A model generated the notes under the pieces. The model did no database searches. It saw only the letters and a program-made list of their open reading frames with translations, and had not been told where the DNA came from. 64,000 nt of DNA from the NCBI GenBank assembly GCA_903885965.1, contig CAISKQ010000035.1, forward strand, positions 3,926-67,925, in the 5' to 3' direction. Origin of the DNA: an uncultured bacterium. GTDB taxonomy: Bacteria > Patescibacteriota > Minisyncoccia > Moranbacterales > GWC2-37-73. Below are positions 58,808 through 64,000 of the stretch, one piece after another. The translations under genes and the position numbers were made by a program. Numbering within the stretch: position 1 is the first letter of the stretch; every line of letters starts with the position of its first letter.

Positions 58808-59715
58808 TTTTCTCCTTGTTTTCTTGATTGTTGTGCAATAACATTTTCTTCATTGAGTTGACGAATCACTTCGAGACGAAGTGCGCCAGTAAAACCACTA
58901 ATCTCACCCATCATGGCGCGATTAGGAATTTCTGAAAGATAATCCCACCCCTGAGATTTTGAAAAACCACCCTCAAGAATTGCCATGCCGATGCTCCAAA
59001 GAGTTGCCGGACTAGCACTAATTGTGATGTTGTTCTTCAGAATAATTTTGCCAAGCAAACCATAGCCGGGATTAATCCTAGCGATACGCTTGATAAAATC
59101 ATCACCGTAGGGCGTGAGGATGTCACCCTCATCTGTCCCGCACGGATGCCACTTGAGAATGCTATTCGCGAAACCAATCAGTTGCCTGCGGCTTCCAACT
59201 CGGCTGCCGTATTGCGCAATGATTTCGTTTTGATATTGCTCATCATTCTTAAACTTGGCAGTATCAATTTGAAAACATCCCCCTTCCAAGTTTCCAACAT
59301 AACCTCCAACGGATGAGAGGAATATAACCTTAGCATCCTTGACAATTTTTTTGTCGCCTTCAACTATGATGGCAAACATATACTCACCGGTTTTGTACAT
59401 CCCAATGAGCACAAACTGTGCGAAGATTTTTTGTCCATTTGGAAGCATCGCCAAACCGTTCCAGCGCAATCTTCCCGGATACATTTCGGCATTGACGCAC
59501 CGATCCGCAATTGGACCTTCCACAACTGTCACATTTCCAGAGGAAATATTTTCAGTCGCTTGAACACCAATTGATTGGACTGGTTTGACCAACAAGTCCA
59601 TTGGCTCTCCTTTTGAATTGAGAACACCTTTTACAACCAAGTTCTGCTTAGCCATTCCAGATGCTGGAAGCATCAGGAGGCCTAGCAAAAAGATAAAGAA
59701 AAATGAATTTCTCAT
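58804..59715 (-). CDS. Secreted hypothetical protein
   Basis: Signal peptide, SD GGGAG, 4-bp ATGA overlap with next gene. Confidence 0.75.
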   Translation of the reverse strand: MRNSFFFIFLLGLLMLPASGMAKQNLVVKGVLNSKGEPMDLLVKPVQSIGVQATENISSGNVTVVEGPIADRCVNAEMYPGRLRWNGLAMLPNGQKIFAQFVLIGMYKTGEYMFAIIVEGDKKIVKDAKVIFLSSVGGYVGNLEGGCFQIDTAKFKNDEQYQNEIIAQYGSRVGSRRQLIGFANSILKWHPCGTDEGDILTPYGDDFIKRIARINPGYGLLGKIILKNNITISASPATLWSIGMAILEGGFSKSQGWDYLSEIPNRAMMGEISGFTGALRLEVIRQLNEENVIAQQSRKQGEK

Positions 59716-59885
59716 CGTATAACTCCCTTAATTTAATCCTAATTAATTTTTCAAGATAACAATTAAACCCAAAACAATTTCGAGTTTATTTGGGAGCTTA
59801 TGCTGTATTACCAGGATAAGCTCCTCGATCTACTCAAAAATTCAAATATATTTAATGCTCGTCTTTTGACAGAAGCAAGACTCCC

Positions 59886-60611
59886 TTAATACTCTTCGTC
59901 ATTCATAAAATTTCCAGATAATTCCATTCGATTCGGTGTAGAATAATTTTTCTGAACTTCCGGCTTGATAGTCAGTGTATTGCTCGAAAAAATATCTTTC
60001 TTTCTTCGGTTTTCTTTTGTCACAATCCAAAGCACACTCAGCATTGCACCCAGAATAAATCCACCAGCTGAAACTGCAAAGATATTTCCGACTGTTGGAT
60101 TCTTTTCAAGCACGGGACCTGAAAGAACCTTCACATCGATACTTTGTCCTTCCCCACGAAACAAACTATTTTTAGTAGTAAGTACTTGCTCCACAGCCTG
60201 TGAAGTAGCTAAAGATGTTTGTTGATTATTATCAAAGACTTCAACGGTTATGATTCCCAAATCTGGATTACGCCTGACTTGAATCATATCACTCCATTGT
60301 TTAAGTTTTTCCTTTTTGTCAAAGGGTAGAAATTCCGAATTGACTTTTCCAGTTTTCACCATCTCATTGATGAAGAGTTCACTGTAAATTCCCTCATTTA
60401 AAATGCGTCCAATATATTCTGCTGATTTTGAAAGGGTATAAAAATCCTGTGATCCGCTTTGATTTTGAACAATTAAATAATCCGAGCTCACCTTAAAACT
60501 TTTCTCCTTTGTTATAAGCGCGAAAAATGAAAGCGCACCTACAAGAAGACCGGCCAAAACAATGGTTCCGGCTTTTTTCTTTATTAAAGCCAATATTTGG
60601 TTATTTTTCAT
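59886..60611 (-). CDS. Wzz/CapA(YveK)-like polysaccharide biosynthesis protein
   Basis: TM - extracellular domain (DFYT..KSAE) - VLSGP....P - TM. Confidence 0.75.
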   Translation of the reverse strand: MKNNQILALIKKKAGTIVLAGLLVGALSFFALITKEKSFKVSSDYLIVQNQSGSQDFYTLSKSAEYIGRILNEGIYSELFINEMVKTGKVNSEFLPFDKKEKLKQWSDMIQVRRNPDLGIITVEVFDNNQQTSLATSQAVEQVLTTKNSLFRGEGQSIDVKVLSGPVLEKNPTVGNIFAVSAGGFILGAMLSVLWIVTKENRRKKDIFSSNTLTIKPEVQKNYSTPNRMELSGNFMNDEEY

Positions 60612-60866
60612 GCATTTTTATCTAAATAATAATCAACTTATTATATTAGCGCAAAAATCAATTTTTGTCAAGCTACATCTTAACAGGTCGACTTATGGCA
60701 GATTCATTGTGGCAATTCAACTAGCAATTAATCTCCTCAAAATAATATCAATGAACAAATATATAAACTTACCTTTGCTAAAGTTGTAACTTTGGTGGTT
60801 ATCATAATTAATTAATTTAAAAAAATCCCGCATCGCAGGATTTTTGTAGGTAACTTTTCTTGGTTC

Positions 60867-62036
60867 CTATAACTTTACGGGAATTTTAATTTCATTTCCC
60901 GCTCTTTGTATGGTCAATTCAATGTTGTCACCTTTTTGATATTGATTGATCAGGTTTGAAAGTGGATTATTGATATCAACTTCTTTGCCATTAACTGCTG
61001 TAATAATATCGTTTATCTTAAGTCCTGCATTTTCGGCTGGAGAATTTGCAATGATTGCTAATCCTTGTTTTCCGGATGGAGAATAAATAAGCGCGCCACG
61101 ATCACGACTAAGACTGTTGACCAGTGCATACTCCTTAGATATTGAAACATAATAAAATCCGGTAAATGGCCTAGCATCGAATTTCCCATCAAGCGCAAAC
61201 TTGATGGATTCCTGGACTTCATTTGCAGGAATTTGGAAAAAATGATCTTGACCATCCATTGTAACTTTGCCAACAATGCCAATTAGCTCGCCATTATAGT
61301 TGATGATTGGCCCTCCTAAATATTTACTTTGATTATTGAAATCCATCTCGAAAACACCTTCATATTTTTCAGTAGAAGCAACAGCCAGACCATCAAGATT
61401 GAATGTTTTATTGATATTACTCAATAGACCAATCGCGAAACGATTCTGATATTCTCCGAAAGTATTGCCAATTGCAACTAATTTTTTCCCTGGCTGCACC
61501 GACGATGAATCACCAAAAGAGATTGCTGTCAGATTTGGAGCACTAACCTTCAGATAAGCAAGGTCAGTGAAACTATCTATTCCAAGCAAGGTAGCATCGT
61601 AGTAACTTCCGTCATATGTAGATATTTTGTAAGTCGCATCTTTTTCAATAATAGCTCCTCGATAAGTAACAATTGTTCCATCACTAGTAATAATTACACC
61701 GGTCCCGGTCTTATCTACCTGTTTTGTCAATTTAGACACGGAATCTTTTTGACTTGCCAGTGAAACGATGTTAACAGTAGCATTTGAGGCTTGCGAAGAA
61801 ATTTCATTTACCGATTCACCATCCTTTATTGTTATTTGCTCTGTTGTTTTAATTACCGTCACATTTTCGCCAATATGTTTGAGGAAGTCAATTTTTGAAA
61901 GATATCTATTAGTGCGCATGAATGGTAATACTTTTTGATCAAAATATACACCACCAGCACCCCCTATAATAAAAATGACAAACACAATCATTATCACCTT
62001 TAATACTTTCCCCGCCTTTATTTGGCTTATTTTCAT
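60867..62036 (-). CDS. HtrA/DegP-like trypsin plus PDZ protein, catalytic His and Ser apparently lost
   Basis: GTGVIITSDG, TDLAYLK, AIGN.FG, GGPIIN..GELIGI, PDZ SPAE.AGL...DII. Confidence 0.88.
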   Translation of the reverse strand: MKISQIKAGKVLKVIMIVFVIFIIGGAGGVYFDQKVLPFMRTNRYLSKIDFLKHIGENVTVIKTTEQITIKDGESVNEISSQASNATVNIVSLASQKDSVSKLTKQVDKTGTGVIITSDGTIVTYRGAIIEKDATYKISTYDGSYYDATLLGIDSFTDLAYLKVSAPNLTAISFGDSSSVQPGKKLVAIGNTFGEYQNRFAIGLLSNINKTFNLDGLAVASTEKYEGVFEMDFNNQSKYLGGPIINYNGELIGIVGKVTMDGQDHFFQIPANEVQESIKFALDGKFDARPFTGFYYVSISKEYALVNSLSRDRGALIYSPSGKQGLAIIANSPAENAGLKINDIITAVNGKEVDINNPLSNLINQYQKGDNIELTIQRAGNEIKIPVKL

Positions 62037-62071
62037 ATATTTTACTATCTAAGAAGATTAAATTGCTTAAA

Positions 62072-62848
62072 TTATACAGCTGGAAACCATCTAGTGCTTG
62101 ACAATACCATCATCACGATAATACCCAAGAAGACCATATTAGCAACAATTCGTCTTTTTGACAATTTTTGCAGAAAATGGCATTGGATGATATCCCAAAA
62201 AACAAAGTACAAAACAAGCCCCGCAACACTAGTTGTTAAATATCCGAAAGGCCAAAAGCTTAGCACCCAGAAAATTTCCGTCATAATAAATCCCAAAATC
62301 AAACCGTAACTCAGAACCAGCATCTTATTTTCACAAACAAACAAAAGGTATTGAAAACTAATTAATGTCGTAATTACCATAATAGTTGCCATCAGAAACC
62401 ACAACGAAATTGCAAAGTTCAAATATATTCCATATGCTACACTATACAACAAAAAGATTGTAGCAATGCTCCCGGCGCTCATAACCCCGAGAGCGGTTTG
62501 ATCTTTCTTGCATGAACGCAAGCGATAAATGGCCAAGTGTATCAAATAATAAACAAAAGTACAAATTACGATAAAGCAATTTTGTTGCCAATGTGTTTGA
62601 ATAAAGTATAGTAATCCAAATGATCCCACTACAAACAAAACTGGTATCAGGGTCATATTGGAATTTCTGGATATTTTCTTTGAAACTTGATAGAAATACA
62701 CGAGCAATCCCAGAAAAATCAACACCGTAAAAAAGATGCTTTTATCTGACAAAAAAGCTAATTCGGAGCTAATGAAATCAATTGAGACAAATTCCAGTAC
62801 TCCTAAAAATATCAAGCTGTATAAGAATATCCTTACGTGAAAAAACAT
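62072..62848 (-). CDS. Polytopic membrane protein of unknown function
   Basis: About 8-9 hydrophobic helices, EIFWVLSFWP. Confidence 0.75.
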   Translation of the reverse strand: MFFHVRIFLYSLIFLGVLEFVSIDFISSELAFLSDKSIFFTVLIFLGLLVYFYQVSKKISRNSNMTLIPVLFVVGSFGLLYFIQTHWQQNCFIVICTFVYYLIHLAIYRLRSCKKDQTALGVMSAGSIATIFLLYSVAYGIYLNFAISLWFLMATIMVITTLISFQYLLFVCENKMLVLSYGLILGFIMTEIFWVLSFWPFGYLTTSVAGLVLYFVFWDIIQCHFLQKLSKRRIVANMVFLGIIVMMVLSSTRWFPAV

Positions 62849-62909
62849 TTTGCATTTTTAACTAAATTTAATTTAACACTGCTACCTTGATAATATAGCA
62901 GAAATTTAG

Positions 62910-64000
62910 TTAATTTGAAACTAAAACAATCTTATCTTCTTCAAGTTGGACCTTCACCGTGTCACCAGCTGTAATCTTTTTCTCAATTATTTCAAGCGCT
63001 AGCTCATCCAGTATTTCATTTTGGATAACTCTTTTTAACGGTCTAGCGCCATAAATACTGTCAAAACCCTTATTCGAGATGTATTCCTTAACATCTTTTG
63101 ATATCTTTAGTTTGATATTTTTTTCCGTGAGTCGTTTTTGAACGATGTCCAATTGTAACTGCACAATTTTTTCCAAGATTTTCTTACTAAGGGGATGAAA
63201 AATAATCAATTCATCAATACGATTCAAAAATTCTGGTTTGAAGTGCTCCTTAAGGCTTGCTTGAACTTTTGATCTCATCTCAGTTTCGCTCATACCATCC
63301 TCGTTCCTTTCTCCTTGAAAACCAAAGCCTTGGGCTTTGTATATTATATCCGAACCCACGTTGGATGTCATCACGATAACGGTATTTTTAAAATTAACTT
63401 CCCTTCCTTTAGCATCAGTCAATCTTCCATCATCGAGAATCTGCAATAAAATATTGAAAACTTGCGGATGAGCTTTTTCGATTTCATCAAACAAAATCAC
63501 GCTATACGGTCTTCTTCGAATTATCTCAGTCAATTGTCCACCCTCCTCATAACCGACATATCCCGGGGGCGAACCAACTAGCTTTGCAGTCGAATGAGAT
63601 TCCATATATTCGCTCATGTCCAATCGCACCAAAGACTTGGCATCATTAAACAAAAACTCAGCCAAAGTTTTTGCTAGCTCTGTTTTTCCAACCCCGGTTG
63701 GCCCAAGAAAAATAAATGAGCCAATTGGCTTGTTCTCTTCTGAAATTCCAGCCCTCGACCTGCGAACAGCATTTGAGACTGATTTAATTGCCTCATCTTG
63801 GCCAATAACTTTTTTAGCCAGTTCCTTTTCCATGTAAGCTAGCTTTTCAATTTCGCTGGCTAGCATCTTCGAAACTGGAATTCCCGTCCAACGAGAAACA
63901 ACTTGGGCGATATCTTCCTCAGTGATTTCTTCTTTAAGAATTGAATTTTCGCGCTGAATTTTTCCGAGTTTCTTTTCTTCCTCAGCAATCTTTTTTTCAA
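62910..64000 (-). CDS. clpB: ClpB chaperone, C-terminal part (5' end outside window)
   Basis: ITEEDIAQVVSRWTGIPV, GPTGVGKTELAK, DMSEY, PPGYVGYEEGG, GARPLKR. Confidence 0.92.
   Translation of the reverse strand, partial: EKKIAEEEKKLGKIQRENSILKEEITEEDIAQVVSRWTGIPVSKMLASEIEKLAYMEKELAKKVIGQDEAIKSVSNAVRRSRAGISEENKPIGSFIFLGPTGVGKTELAKTLAEFLFNDAKSLVRLDMSEYMESHSTAKLVGSPPGYVGYEEGGQLTEIIRRRPYSVILFDEIEKAHPQVFNILLQILDDGRLTDAKGREVNFKNTVIVMTSNVGSDIIYKAQGFGFQGERNEDGMSETEMRSKVQASLKEHFKPEFLNRIDELIIFHPLSKKILEKIVQLQLDIVQKRLTEKNIKLKISKDVKEYISNKGFDSIYGARPLKRVIQNEILDELALEIIEKKITAGDTVKVQLEEDKIVLVSN

Noticed and set aside
1-64000. CRISPR array, rRNA, tRNA, transposase or integrase genes
   Set aside because: No regularly spaced repeat-spacer series or recognisable RNA-gene or recombinase motifs seen by eye; the palindromic repeats occur only as pairs around single genes

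Overview
AT-rich bacterial chromosome segment (standard code) whose gene content points to a CPR/Patescibacteria (Parcubacteria-like) genome; the taxonomy is inferred. Credible genes run almost all on + up to 26.4 kb and almost all on - from 27.3 kb, converging on an ~890-bp gene-free gap with a dif-like 11-6-11 site, probably the replication terminus. Contents: pheS/pheT, gltX, dnaJ with a CIRCE box, recJ, ADP-forming acyl-CoA ligase, a VirD4/TraG-like ATPase, an Rrf2-iscS-iscU operon, pyrH, pyrG, rpmA, rplI, glyA, a large rml/galU/glycosyltransferase/O-antigen-ligase cluster interrupted by a three-gene secreted-protein island, and partial clpB. Most striking: two TrpR/YerC-like genes 31 kb apart are each bracketed by a directly repeated palindrome. 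The four sites fit ACTTnnATA-N8-TATnnAAGT (one differs at the first base), with the core identical within each pair and different between pairs, suggesting site-specifically excisable single-gene cassettes or paralogue-specific operators. Several families of small non-coding repeats are also present. No rRNA, tRNA, CRISPR array, transposase or recombinase gene was recognised. All calls come from reading motifs; no database search was run.
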